Positions 39,211-52,900 of a DNA stretch of 64,000 nucleotides are shown here, in pieces. Location of the stretch: contig NMRA01000027.1 in NCBI GenBank assembly GCA_002633005.1, positions 834,637 through 898,636 on the forward strand, given 5' to 3'. The notes below the pieces were generated by a model, which saw only the letters and a list, made by a program, of their open reading frames with translations, was not told where the DNA came from and made no database searches. Position 1 is the stretch's first letter; each line of letters opens with the position of its first letter. The DNA comes from Phoronis australis (taxonomy: Eukaryota; Animalia; Phoronida). The translations under genes and the position numbers were made by a program.

Positions 39211-40343
39211 NCGACAGGGCAGGTAATAGGGCGGTGGAAGGTCTGGACGATGACTCCTAAGTATACATTACTTCCCGAGAAGAGACCCCAGTAACCTAAC
39301 ATCTAATGCAACTGAAAATGGTCTGAAACCCAGTGGAGTCAGATCCAGAGGAACCCACCAGAGAAGCAACAACAATGGCCAACAGCAATCAAGCACACAG
39401 ACAAAAGGAGGGGTATAAAATTAAGCTGTATAGTCAACGGCACAGGAGGGGAGTTAACGGCAGTTCGAGGAAGCCCAATCTGAAATAACCGCAACATCAA
39501 TCCGGAGTCAATGCCGAACGATGTACATGTATATAAAGTAGCACCGCCACTGTGATTTGCATGGTGGGTGCTTAGGGAAGAATGCCGTTTCGGCTGCTCA
39601 AGGACGATGGTGAGGTAAAACATGTTGTACGTAATGGTACTCATCGACGACACCGTACTTAGTAGAAAGCTCAGTGCTAGTAATGTAACTGGATCACAGG
39701 CAACGTCTGTTGGCCAGCAGGATGTTGGCGACTTAAGATATTACAAAGCAATAAGTGAACGATGTCGTACTATACACCGTCACCTGCACTTAAGGACACA
39801 CAGTTTTTCACTGTGTAACACATGCATGATTGAGAATAATACAAATTTAGGAATTTTTTATCTAATGAAGGTCTTTGGACATTGGGTTGCAAGGAGTTTG
39901 CCAGATGTGGACGACAAAAGGTTAAAATTCATCCAGGAAGAAACAATGCCATCTACAAAGATTGTACTGTGGTATGCCCTGCGTCTCATGTGACACCACA
40001 TGTACATTAGATATGTGTGGATAGAAAAACAAAGGCAGTTACATTATTGTCAGACTTATATGTATTGACAATGAGCAAGGCGAAGAAATCATCAAGCCCA
40101 ACTTTCCTGACCACGCATTTTGTAAGCTAATTGAAGCATTTGGGAGCAGTCCGATCCCGTGAATGTCATACTTCACTCAGAAATTCAAGTTAGGACAGAG
40201 GCAAAAAATATAACTTAGAGGGAGTCGAATTGTCTGATTTGTGCGATGCAACTTTGCTTATTGGGTGTGGAAGAAATGCGTGGCATTACTGCACAGATGA
40301 AAACAATTTTTGGCAGTAATGTATACCGTAAAACGCTGTCAGA

Positions 40344-40347
<4 letters not shown>

Positions 40348-40418
<71 letters not shown>
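40348..40418. repeat. (TA)n microsatellite
   Basis: Directly visible. Confidence 0.97.
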
Positions 40419-40421
<3 letters not shown>

Positions 40422-40644
40422 CGAGCTCGTACGTGATGCAAACGCATAAAAAGCTGTTTAGTCCTCACAAACCTCACCCAGTGTAATACAGAACTGAATT
40501 GCAGTGATTTTACGGTTTACCAGCTTACGGTATGTGTATATAAATATATCTAAGTTGTTACTTTCAGCTCATACACATGTATGTCAGCCAAAACCACCGA
40601 ATATTATTTTTAGTCATCTCTGTAACGTCTTCTTTATTCAACAG

Positions 40645-40757
40645 GTTCGGAGCAAGCTGCTGCCTATGCAGATGTTGATCACGGAAATCAACTTAGGCCC
40701 ATCACCCAGATGCCTCTCTACAGCCTTGCTGGCATTATTGTCTACTGGAAACTTTAA
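40645..40757 (+). CDS. Probable last coding exon of the kringle gene; GPI-anchor-signal-like C-terminus
   Basis: Acceptor tcttctttattcaacag. Phase-1 joining to any kringle exon gives GSEQAAAYADVDHGNQLRPITQMPLYSLAGIIVYWKL*, with small residues, a polar spacer and a ~15-aa hydrophobic tail. A gtaagt donor follows at 40763, 5 nt after the stop. Confidence 0.65.
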
Positions 40758-42169
40758 TATGCGTAAGTTAATTTCGGTCTTGGAAATGCGTTTTTGTGTT
40801 CACCGATATCATTTGTCTTTCTAAAACGTGCTTTTTGGCGAAATCATCTTTTATCCGGGTCTACAGCTATGTTTCCTTAGAATTCAGTGTGTGTTGTTGA
40901 CTGTTGCGTTCGAAACTGTTCAGTGGCAATTTACACTTGTTTCACGTGGCAGATTGTCGTGCATACATGTATGGCTGTCGTTTCTTGTTGGAAAAATTGT
41001 CCTTTATCAATAGTGCAGGTAAGAATTGACCCCTTGACACCCGACAGCTTAAACTACAACTGTGGTATGTTTATTGACACTTTCGGTTGAGAAATCATGA
41101 TTATGAAAGCTACTTCTTTATGAGTGCTCAACCACGCTTCAATCTATTTTTAAAATCGCCCTGTGGAGTGCGCATGTACTCCTCAGGCATTACGAACAGA
41201 TGGGCCATCTATTTAGATTGATGGTTATTAACGCGATAATCACTAAATACTAAACTGTAATATGAAACGAATATTTTGAACTTCTGTTGAAATAAAAGCA
41301 TTCTTGTTTACATTCCGGATGTCAATCCCTCATTTACTCGCCTTTTTGTTATTTTCTCTCACAAGGGAAATCACTTCCGCGTATGTTTTATGGCAAGAAG
41401 TACACCTACAAGTAGGACACTTCTCTTACACTTGTATGGAAAGTGTGAGTTTTAACCTCAAGTGACTCCAAGCATCTGACTACGAGTGCATGCGTCTATA
41501 CAGTAAATCGTAAGCGGTATTAAGTGATTAGAAACTCTGGGGTGTCCACAACCTTTTTCCTTTTCCCGTACATGAGTTTTTTCAAGCATCATGAATTTGA
41601 GATTTTTTTCTGTCAATCTCCTCACACGAAAACTGAATTATTCTGTACTAGGCCTTGCGAAATGGTACTTCCGTAAAGATATTTTAATGACTTTTCGCGT
41701 TCCACGCCTCTTTTGCTACGTATTGCATGCACTAAGTTACAGTACTTATAATTTACACACGTAAAAAGGAAAATATTCCAATATCACCCGTGCTTTAATC
41801 CCTCACACTTAAGGCGCCAGTTCCTAGAAAAGGCTGCTGCCTGTTGCCTTCAGCTCTAATTGAAACCCCTCTGAACAGATGGTAATTGATTGTTCTTTTT
41901 GAGATTCTCGAAACAACTTTTGTTCTGCCTAATGAAGCAGACCGCTGATATCTGTCTTTTGACTTGGAGGCATCAGCAGATTTAATGGCTCTAATCTTTA
42001 GCCTGTGCCGTTGAAGCAGGCTAAGTCATTCGTAAATATATTTTAGCCCAGCGTTACGCAAAAGTAAAAATAGTCTTCGATTCGAGGAACACACTGGCAA
42101 CAGTGCCAGCTTGAAAATAAAGTTTAATACCGAATCACTAACCCAATTCTTATGTGTAAAATGTTTCAG

Positions 42170-42280
42170 GTGAATGTCTGGGATGGATCCTCGAAGAGAA
42201 AACAAGCAACGGAATGAAAATAATAATGTACTGTTCTTATCAATTGTAACGAAATAAAGTCAATAACATGCATGTCGATA
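42170..42280 (+). other. Probable terminal 3'UTR exon of the kringle gene with poly(A) signal
   Basis: Branch-point-like CACTAAC at 42136-42142, tgtttcag acceptor ending 42169, AATAAA at 42253-42258. Pairs with the donor at 40763. The 3' end is approximate. Confidence 0.5.
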
Positions 42281-42974
42281 CAGACTTGTCGTTTCTATCA
42301 GAGCTTTGTTGGTTGCAACTTAGTACAAAACCTGAAGAGCAATTATAAGTGTTCATAAAATTGGTCTGATAATTGTAATATCGTGATAGGATTCGATCTC
42401 CACAACCATCTTCGAGTCAAAGGTAACGCGTTTATTCTCTACCGGAATTTGCAAATTTATGATTGACCAACTCTTGCTCCCTGACTGGTTTTCTTGGGTG
42501 GTATAAATTAATTTATTGGTACGGGTAAGGAATGTTTATATTTTTGTGCATGTAAAATAAATCTTTATCGACAAGCAGTTTACACAAAAATTCCAACATC
42601 TTAAGGTTTCATGCTGTTTTACTAAACGGGTTGTTATTTCTGATAAGGGAAATTCTGATGCTGATTTATAAACAAATTATCTACTATTATTAACTAATCG
42701 TGTAAGGAATTTGATGATGATCTAGTGATATTTGATAGATGGGAAATCTCCTCCCACCCTGCTCCAAATTTATCATATGATTGACCAACTCTTGCTCCCT
42801 GACAGGTTTTCTTGGGTCGTTGATGGTATCAACTAATTTATTTGGGACAAATAAAACAAAAAGAATAATGTATATTTCAAGTTGTATTGAGAATTTCAGG
42901 GTCACGCTCTACAAATAATTATTTCACAGAAGGAAATAGATGGGTTCCTTAATTACAAGAGATAACACACATAT

Positions 42975-43190
42975 TTCCGATACCCAAAGTACAATTGAGT
43001 GTCGGATGCTAAGTGGCACATTTTAGCATAGTACCAAATAGGTACATAATACCAAATGGGTATTGGAAGGTTGCCTACCAACTGGGTTGAGCAAATGGCA
43101 AGTTCAATAACAAGTACCAAGTGGGTACAAACTGACAAATGGCCAAATATCATATAAAACACCAAGTGGGTACACCAAACAGCCCACTGG
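42975..43190. repeat. ACCAA(A/C/G)TGGG motif array, probable MITE subterminal region
   Basis: accaaatagg, accaaatggg, accaactggg and accaagtggg (twice) within ~200 bp. Confidence 0.5.
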
Positions 43191-46100
43191 ACTATAACAA
43201 CCTGCAAAGCAGGGTTCCGGACAAGCTGAGTGAACAGACCAGCCGGAGTGATAAAAATATATTGTAAGGAACGTGGTGTTGTGGCTCAGTATGTGCCGCA
43301 CATTGGCAGGGTTGTTCATGGATGAACAATCCTGTTCACCGCCACAACCCGGGGCACAGACCACGAGGACACTTTGGATACCTCACGATGAGCAGTACCG
43401 CCCTCGCAGAGCTCGAAACCCAGCCACACTCTAGTTTACGATAGAGCCGGAGTTTTGGTTGCCGTACATTAGAGGCACCTCTGCTGACACCATACCACAC
43501 CCACCTATCAGACACTCCTATGCCTTTACTACAAAGGAAATTTCATTACATAACAGTTCAGGCACAAACATACCTGGAGCATCGGCAGTGGTTCCCACCC
43601 GAGCATGGCATGGTACAGGGCCACCCAACGTTCCCGATCAGGCCTTCCGCTGGTCCAAGCCGCCCCCAAAACCCAACTCACACTCACTCAGCAAATCCTG
43701 AGAAATTCGGCCGGTTTAGGGCAGACTTTAGTACCCAAGTTTAGTGCCACCCCTCCGAGTAGTACGGATCCAATACACCGTGTAGGAGCTTGGGTAGCTC
43801 AGCTGAAGATAACTGACGTTCAAGTTCCTATGTTGTCGGGTCAAGAGGTTATGCACAACTGTTGGTATTGCAGTGGCACGAATAACTTGCGAACCAGAAA
43901 AGGTGGGCGGTGTGACAATGGCTGGGGAGTAACCTATGCCGGAAGCATATGCTGTTAGGGAAACTCGTTGCAAAATTGTACTCAGAAAATGGACATGTTT
44001 TCTGAAAACAGAAAGATTGTAAATTTTTAAGTTATTTTTTGTATTTATTTATTGTTTTTTTTTTTTGTTATTTTTGTTAAAGTTAGGAAAGAAGTGATGG
44101 TGCAGGAATGGTAAAGCGTCATCAGCATGGTAGATGTCATTTCATATAAAGATTCATGAACAGACCTAAGATCAGTATTCAAAAAGTGCTTTTTATTTGA
44201 CGCTGCTTTTAAGATGAAAACCGACAGTTTGATAAAAATCAGAAATTAAAACGTCCAATTTCTTTGGCATGATATTCAAAAACAAGCCCGTTCAGACTAA
44301 CCAACAACGGCGGTAGCATGGTTTCCATTTCGGGTTAGTACCATGGGCTGGTTTGGAGATACCATTTAGCAATTTTTCGAATGTTTCATCCCCAGAACCA
44401 GAAAGTAAAACATCACCATGTAACCTTCAGGGGAAGGTTAATATCGAAACGAAGTACAGAATGGACACATAAACCATTACGGGCAGGCAAACTTGGATAT
44501 AAATGTACCGGGTAATAATCAAAGTGGTATGGCATGCGAGTTTCAATCACAATAAAAAGACACGAGGATGGCAGTTTTGAAATATTTTATTGAAAGTAAA
44601 ACGTAATTTGTTACTTATTAGGGCTGCTATGTAGTTACATAACTACTGTGGATCCTACATGTAGCTATGTGCCACAGGAAAACTTGCATGTACATGTATA
44701 CTATATGGCTAAGAAAAATAAAATATCTAGAAAAATCCTACACCACACAACCATTAGAGAAGTCGGCAACAGGATCTCAGGAATAATGACACCGCAAAAA
44801 GTCATATAAAATAGACAACAACAAGTACACAAATCAGGAAGTAATCTGGTCTACAAAATATGTTTGCCGGTAAAAAGGCCTAGCACCGTACCAATGTGTT
44901 CAACGCATAAATGTAACTAGAGCTAAGCAAAAGGACAAATAACATTTGCGCCGGCGATGTCAAGAAAAGATGGCACATCTAGTCAGTAAATGAAATTAAG
45001 CCCAGGGTTCAAGCGTCATGAAAGTTTAGTCTAGAAAGTTTCATTGGTGGCACGAGGTCATCAGCACTATGCAGCAAGTTATTATGTATGACATGAGAGT
45101 GAAACTACAGGCTGGCCCATTACCATGAACTCTGGGTCAATTAGCACTCCAACTGAGTTGGGGGTAGTGGGATCCCATTGTGCTTCGGTGACGAAAATTT
45201 AGGAAGTAGGTTAGGCACTTTTGCGTGGAATATAGGTTAAAAAATGAAAATTTACAAGATTTTGAAATTGTAAATAAAAATCTTGTGTTAAAATAAGTGA
45301 GAAACTACTGGTATGCAGAGATGAGTTATACGCCTAAACGGGCAGAAGTAACCCACTAGTATTAAAGTGCCGCGCTTTCGAAAACTTGGCGCTGTTACAT
45401 GAATACTGTTTACTAGTAGCCCGGGTCTAGTGGCTCCCGGGTTGCAGACGAAAATGACCCTACTTAACCGGCTAACGACAACTGTTAGAGTGACTGGCTT
45501 AGGCATAAGCACACCAAAATGAACGAAAATAGTAAAATAATGAAAAACAAGTGACGCAATTCGCTCGTTGTGGGGGCACTCGACCGCAGATTTCGTACGA
45601 CGAAACTATACTCGCCTGACAAGTAGACAAATTAGCAAGCATGTGTGACGTGATCTCGTCGATCTCTACGTCCGCCTTTCTGCCGCTACGGTAGCCGTCT
45701 AATCAAAAATCGTCATGATGGGAAATGCCGACCACGAACCGGCACGAAAACAAAGTTGACGCATTACCGTAACTTAAGCGCGGTTGGAATAGGTTAAAAA
45801 TTATGCCAAGAAAACGAAATGTGAAGCATTATGTGAGATTAATTGCCACGAATGTTTTCAGATGTTTGAACATGTTTTGCTATCATTAGTTTAATACTAT
45901 TATTATTAGGTATTATTATCATTATTATTTTTTGGATTATTTTATTCAAGGATTATTTATTCGGTTCCAGCATTATATTTCACTGTACGTTTTATTTTTT
46001 CTTATTTTGATGAAAATGTTTATTTTGTAATTTTTTGATGTTTTTGATTTTTGTTTTTATCTTTTTTAGTCATAGTATTTTTTATCTTTTTGAACGGAAG

Positions 46101-49100
46101 GAACTATGCGAATCAAACGCGAAGATAAGGGCTAGAGGCCAGAGGCGAAGTACTTGAAGAGGCCTCAACAAACAAGATATTCAAAGTCTAAGGCACAGTA
46201 TTTCCGTACTATTCTTTGCGAAGTCGAATAAAATATAGAAGTGGCAGCCTTAGGCTTTTTTATTTTTTATCTGCTGATAAACCCACCGAAATGGTTGTGC
46301 GCTATATCGGACACTTCAGTGTGAGACGCGGCGCTTTCGAGCTTTACCACACCAGGCTCCGCGGCGACATTCGATAGATTCCCTTCTAGGTCTCAACCAT
46401 TGTAAATCCCATATGTATACATCAATATTACCCCCTGTCCTGTTGGAATAGTAATTCCAGTATCCATCATGCACCCAAATTATCAGTATGTCTTGATCCT
46501 AGGTCACACGAATGTCAAACTGCTGGCACTCAAACAGTCTACATGGGTACCCTGACCCCAACTCTGCTGCACTCCTTGTACAAGGCTTAAAATAGCTTTA
46601 GGTTACAATACACTGGCACGAAAAACTACACCACAGCAAGAAACCTATATCGGTAACTCGGACTAACACATAAAAGAATGGGAACCGGGCCGCATGGCAG
46701 GCCCTGTCCTACCCGCCCCATTGATAACCGTTATATCTCGCCGCGGTTTCTCCCTCTCCAAAGCAGACGGGGATTGCCGCAAGATATCCCACTTATACCC
46801 AGGGAAGTGATTGTTTGGATCCAGGGTCATGAACGGAGGCGCCGCTGCGTATTGGCGAGGGATTGATTTGGGTTTGAGGGATATTAGAATCGAAAGAAAC
46901 GAAATGCAATTGCTTAAAACCTAAAGGCGTCTCGCTGTCATCCAACTGAAAGAAACCTTTATCCACTATCCTGTATTTCAGTGTCTAACCCATGAGTTGG
47001 AAGTGCCTCACAGCTGAAATTGCAGTGCAGATAAATTAGTTGCAAGTCGGAACTAGACGATAGGCTGACTCAAAATTGTTAATCTAAAACGGTCTTCAAT
47101 GAACCAGAATATTCAGGACGTCCCTAAATCAAGTGAGGACACAATAAGGAATTGGGATTTCCGGATTGTTCACTGTTTGCATCCCAAGCCAAAAGAACTT
47201 CATGGCAACGCTGTCTCGTTCCATTTGGTTTATTCATTTGAGGAATACACTGGGCACACTTCATTAATTTTTGTATATTCTACTTCTCCCGTTTCTTTTT
47301 TTTTCGTGTTGTTTTTATCTTGTGATTTTTTTAACTTTTAAGTGAAGTGACTACGTGACATGGTCATGCCTACGTGGCAATGAATCGAGTCACGAGAAAC
47401 GCCAGTAACTTTCACAGGTGAAAGCAGTTTTCCTTTAGTCCTGTAAGTATTACCAATTTTAAAGACTGTAGAGCCGCGATGAGATCGATTGTTCGCAAGC
47501 ACACGTTTAAATAGTAGGTAAACCAACTCAGGTTTTGAAGTCGTACATTGAAAGCGATTTGTGAAATCGATAAAACTCAAACGATTGAGAGGAAATAACT
47601 TGCAGAATGTTACACCCTGTACTTATCAAATCAAAATCACTTAATATGTTTAGGCAACCGCAAACGGTATTGGGGGTTTTGTTTCGCCTCTTCGAAAATT
47701 AATTGATCACACATGTAACTCATCTTTAACCAGCCAGCTAGCTCTGTGAAGACTATCGTCAAAATGCATCTCTCTGTTCACCGCCGAGAGAACCCAAATT
47801 GTGCACTGCCCCTGTAGATCTGCTCGTCAACTGACCGTGAAATTACTTTCAAAATGAAGAGTTAGAGCCAGGAGTGATGTTTGCAAATCTGGGAATCAAC
47901 CGACACACACATTACCCGTTCCTGGCATTTCGTGAAAATCTAGTAATCGCCATGTTAGTGCAAATTTATCCGCTTTTGGTAACATAGCTATTCATTCATT
48001 TAAGAAAAATCAGTGAAATTCCTGTGAGCCACTAAGATCATGTTTTGAACGCTCTGAGTCCAATGTTTAAATTCAGCAAGAGGACCATCTTGTTTGAGGA
48101 TTCTTGTAATTATTGCAATATTCTTATTCCGTGTATACATGTACAGTGTACATGCTTTCAGTTTAATCATTCTTGTCTGGTACTTTGATATGCGAAAAGC
48201 GCTTGGGGCAGCAGGATTGTGTTGCTCAATGTGGGTTCTATCACGTTTCTGCTGATTTCAATGGCTTGCTATCTCCTGTATTACTATTACTTGATACCGG
48301 CAAGACTCAAATGCTTGATAGTAATGCCGGGAAGTACCCATCTCGTTATCTGTCTTTTTCTACGATCACCTATGTTAGCCTTAAATGTTTTCCAAAGTGT
48401 CCCTTAAATTAACACTTCGAGAACTTCAGACCAAAATTGAAACGATAATCGCCTGTACAGCCTACACTGTATTTGAACAACTGCAACATAGGTGAATGAT
48501 TAAAGACTGGGATGATTCTAGCTTGAAAACGCAGTAGCTTCTTAAAATCCACTTTCCCGCCTTCATTTGGAGGATATATTAAGGCCTTTCTTAACATCAA
48601 CTTAAACGAATTTTAGACAACTACCCCGAAATACCAGTACCAGAAAATCACTGGTTTAAGCATGAGTGTTTCTATCCATATATCGAAGTTTCTTTGCAAT
48701 TCCCACATTTCAGACCTTTAATCACAGAAAAGTGGGGTTGAAATTCTAAAATTGTTGTCGTCTAGTATGGTATATTTCGATCTGACCGGTTTTTGCAGAT
48801 GGTCTTGACAAGGCCCCCAAGTTGGGTTGGATGCGCTTGGCTCTCAATATGCGGAAGTTATCAACAAAAGCAAACCGTAATATCAGTTATTGGTGACTCC
48901 GTTACCATTACCCTCAGGAAGCTTAGGACGTATCAATACAAGCAATGGTGCATTTGTATTAGCCAAGTTGATGTCAAACCCACAACTTGACTAATGTTCT
49001 GAAAATAGTTGTTACAAAGTCAATTGCTTTTATAATTTCAAAAGATTTTTGCAAAGCAGCTAGTCCCCATTCTTTTGTAGTGACTTGGCAAACCCATGAG

Positions 49101-50819
49101 AATAATGAACAACACTCAATTTAAAATTGTACTTTAGCCGTTTAAATTATTTCCCTGATTGGTGCATGCAGGCACTTATAAGTTTCTTAAACGAACTGTT
49201 TTGCACAAACCGTGTCAGAGTGAAGCTCTCTATAAGGTACTAGTAACTTATAGTTTCCCTTAATTTGTGACGGCTTCGAAATAGTCTGGTCAGGTCTTAT
49301 GTTTATATCTAAAGTCGAACTCAGTAATCTTTCAATAGTTTTAGATCAATGACGATTCGCAGTACAGCTACATAAAAAGAACAACGCAGACAAAGTCTAG
49401 TGGCAAAATGAACCATCAGATCAGGCCTCTAGCGGTTTCGCACAGGCTTAAGATTTACCTACAGCTGACAGTGTTGTTTTTGACGGAGAGCGGTGAGTAT
49501 CCAGTTACAATGACCTATAGGGTTTTAGAAGAGGCTTAAACTGATCTTATCAATGAGGTTTTATTTAACCAGCAATCCACTGTCCACATACTTTGGCTTA
49601 GTTTCTAGTTTTCTCCCTTGTCCCCTCCTCGCATTAACATCCATCATTATTTCCTTGTCACCTATTTCTGTAGTACACTCCAACTCCTGCAACTTTCTCT
49701 GATATCACCGGTTTCTTCACATTACCTGCAGCCAGTCGTCACTGTAGTGCATGTTGGAATGTTCCAAAACAAAAATACACATGAACTATTCAAACAAGTA
49801 TTACATTTGGAGACATCACAACCACTGTCTTATCATAAATTAATAAGTTTGGAAAGACAAACTTCCATGGTACGATGCCGAGGTTGCCCGCGCATGTGGG
49901 AAACTTGTTTGCAATCGCTTGTCCTGGTATTGGCTATTGTTATGAAATAAAGGTCTTATAGCGTGGAGTGTTTATATGTAGTGAAAAAGTAAAGTGTAGA
50001 GTGGCTGCTATCTCAAAGCTTATCGCAGCCAATACCACTGCAGTGGTCAAGTGCTTGCCGCAGCACATAAAACCGTCGCGATATCGTGTTTGTCGAATCG
50101 TTCACTGAACACTTAAAACCATACGATAGACGATGGCGTCCATTTTGTGTCGGATGGGAATTTGCAATGCTGCAACCCCCATGAAAATACTGAGGCTATT
50201 TGTCGTGGGAAATTTCCATAGCACACGTGACAACAAGTTAATTTTGCCGCAAGCCAAAAAGCAGGATGGTTGTGCGATGGATTGTTCTATAACATCCTCG
50301 ACACCTAAACACCGGGACCCCCTTGACCCGCGACTCACAACCCAAGTCCCTCTCCACTGACGACTCACAACCCCTCGACCCAGTCTACAAAAGCTCGCCT
50401 CGATATTAAGATAGAACAAGCCCTGACTTGTAGGATTAATGAGTTAGACCGTGAGCTCGGCTGGCTTTTCCCTGTTTTTTGCAAGTAAGGCAGTCGGTTC
50501 GGCAAATTTGAAATCCAAAAACAGAAAAAAAAAAACAACAAAACCTAGTCTAAATCAAAACCAAAGACCCACCTACGTTACAAATGCCGTTGCCGGCAGA
50601 ATATAATCGTCGGGTCTGCTGTTCGGTGATTTGCATATTCAACTTTTTGCGGAGAGTCTGAGGAACAGACAAAACAGTAATTTTACAACTAAATACAAAT
50701 TGGAAAAAAGCAAGACACATAGTTAAAATATGGCAATATGTACATCCAAGTTAGCGTATTCTCTCCCTAAGTGTATAAGAACTGGGCCAGGAATAGCCAC
50801 TCTTGACAACGATAGCGCG

Positions 50820-52900
50820 CTTTACCAGGCACCCAATGTTTACAAAAATATTCTGAAATTCCGCAATTGTACAACAAATTTATTTTTTCTATATGGTTGT
50901 CAAGAAGTCAACTCAAATGAAAATAGGGGTTGATCGATATAGTATCAGAATTTCTTTATAGCACTGTTTGTGTGAGTCGATAGAGTTGTATATATGTGTA
51001 TGAAAATGAATTATTTCACATTCGTAATCATATATCATTGTCATCGTAAAGGAGCATGCCACCCAAAAACAACATAATTTGTATCAATTTAGATCGACAA
51101 GTTCTACTCAATAACGGCATGTACGGTTGCGTTACCTGACTCCTGAAGGAAGACGGATGTGTTGAAATTATCCAATGGCATCATTGGTTTCACACACCGT
51201 CTGTTCAGCTGTTCACAGCACTAGTTACAGATATCAGCTTATTGCTTGAATTAATTCATCGTTTGACACCAATTAATCATCAAACTTCGATGTAAAGCCC
51301 TTATAAATACACCATGTTCTTATAAAAACCTGTTGTTTTATTTCGCTGTTGCGGATTTATTCGTATTTGGACACACTGTAGCCTACAATGTTCGGTAGGC
51401 CAATAAAGTCAGAAGCAGGAATTTGGGGTCTGTGCGGATATAAATTCGAAGTATTTTTCTATGAGATGCAGACAGGAGAACCTAGAACTGTGTTGTTTAG
51501 GCTTGTGATTTTTGAGTTCAAAACACACGAAACGCTTGTTATCCTGGCCAGTTGCTGGGAGTGCGATCCAGCCCGTCGCGGCCGGACTTACTTGTTATCC
51601 CGGCCAGTGGCTCCTAAGCAGATCAGGCGGGCACGTCGCAGCCGGACTGAAGACATCACGAACATAAACCAGACAAAGTTGGAAACTACACTTCCAGTCA
51701 AGAAAATACTTCACTAGTGAGCCAAAGAAATAATGCGCACGTGATAATGTTGGTGAATTAGCAATAAACTGAAAATCTACTTACTTGTCGGGGGCCGCGA
51801 ATTTAGGTTCCGCTATGGCCACAGAACTGTCAGGACAAAAGTTGTGCATTGACAATCATTATTTGTATGATGTAAATATAAATAAAAGTTCCCGGCCCTA
51901 ACACTTGACCGTGGGATAGAAATCGAGTTAATTCACAACAGTTTCTGTCAGCAAACACTGAATTAGCTCACACGGCCTCGGTGTCCCGTCATTTAGTTTT
52001 ATTGCACCTACCTACATGTGAAGCCGGTAACGCAGTGGTTTATTCATTGCTGGATTCTCAAATAATTTGCAGTCACGAGCACTCCAGAGGCATTGCAAAT
52101 TGCATGTAATGAGAAAGACTTTCTTTCAATGTTATGTAATTAAGTATTAGTTAGTGTGTGAATAATTCATTTTTGAAACAGAACGCTCAGTAATAAACGT
52201 CATCATGACAACTCACAATCCTGACTTAGACGAGAGCTCATCCCGAAGAAGGCTTCTCGCAGGTGGATCGTTAAGTTTCACAGGCTATCAGTTCGAACCG
52301 GAATACACTGAAATACTAGAGAGGCGCCGTGAACTAGCTCAGCCAACGGAACGCATTGATAGTTATTTGGCATTCGTCAGGCACTGTAGACGACTGTAGG
52401 CCACAGACACGGAGATGTTTTACGGCCTCACACTTGCTATTTACAGCGTACTTTTCATTCTTCTCTACCGCGAGCCACTTCCTAAGCATTTCGAGCATTC
52501 GGGGAAGTCAAAAAACGATACAACCGCTTTCATAGCAAATACGTAGTTCTGTTAAGCGGGAACGATGCACTGCAGTATAGCCGCATTCATTCTGCAAATG
52601 AGACACTGGCGTCGCTGCGTCGTTTCTCACCTTCCTCACAAATTTACGCAACACTTCTCGGCAAGATGAGGTCAACCGTATGCGAGGCGACTTGGATATA
52701 GGCCGAATAAGACAGCAAATAAGACTAATTAAATCGGGTGGCATTCTCCTTTAACATCATCTTAAATTCATGCATTCGTGTACAATAATTGTATATAGAC
52801 TTCTTAGTATTTATAAACCAGATCTAATGCCTCTGGGCGCTTTCTGGGTAATGTAAATTCATTGTATTCCGAAGATTTCGTAATGAACATTTAAAAAATG
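50820..52900 (+). mobile_element. 5'-truncated LINE 3' end with 7-bp TSD TAGCGCG, itself interrupted by Kolobok
   Basis: 50828-51045 and 52751-52898 match the reverse complement of the LINE end at 54895-55270. TAGCGCG flanks it at 50813-50819 and 52901-52907. Confidence 0.8.
51050..52750. mobile_element. Kolobok-like non-autonomous DNA transposon (1.7 kb)
   Basis: TIRs AGGAGCATGCCACCC / GGGTGGCATTCTCCT (14/15). Flanked by gtaa and ttaa (TTAA TSD, left copy mutated), with 5'-RR termini. Internal ORF 52205 has GYQFEP, reminiscent of the Kolobok accessory (KolX/P2X7-tail-like) protein. Confidence 0.8.

Noticed and set aside
43200-43973. Overlapping GC-richer ORFs
   Set aside because: No recognisable motifs in any frame; probably the interior of an unclassified repeat.
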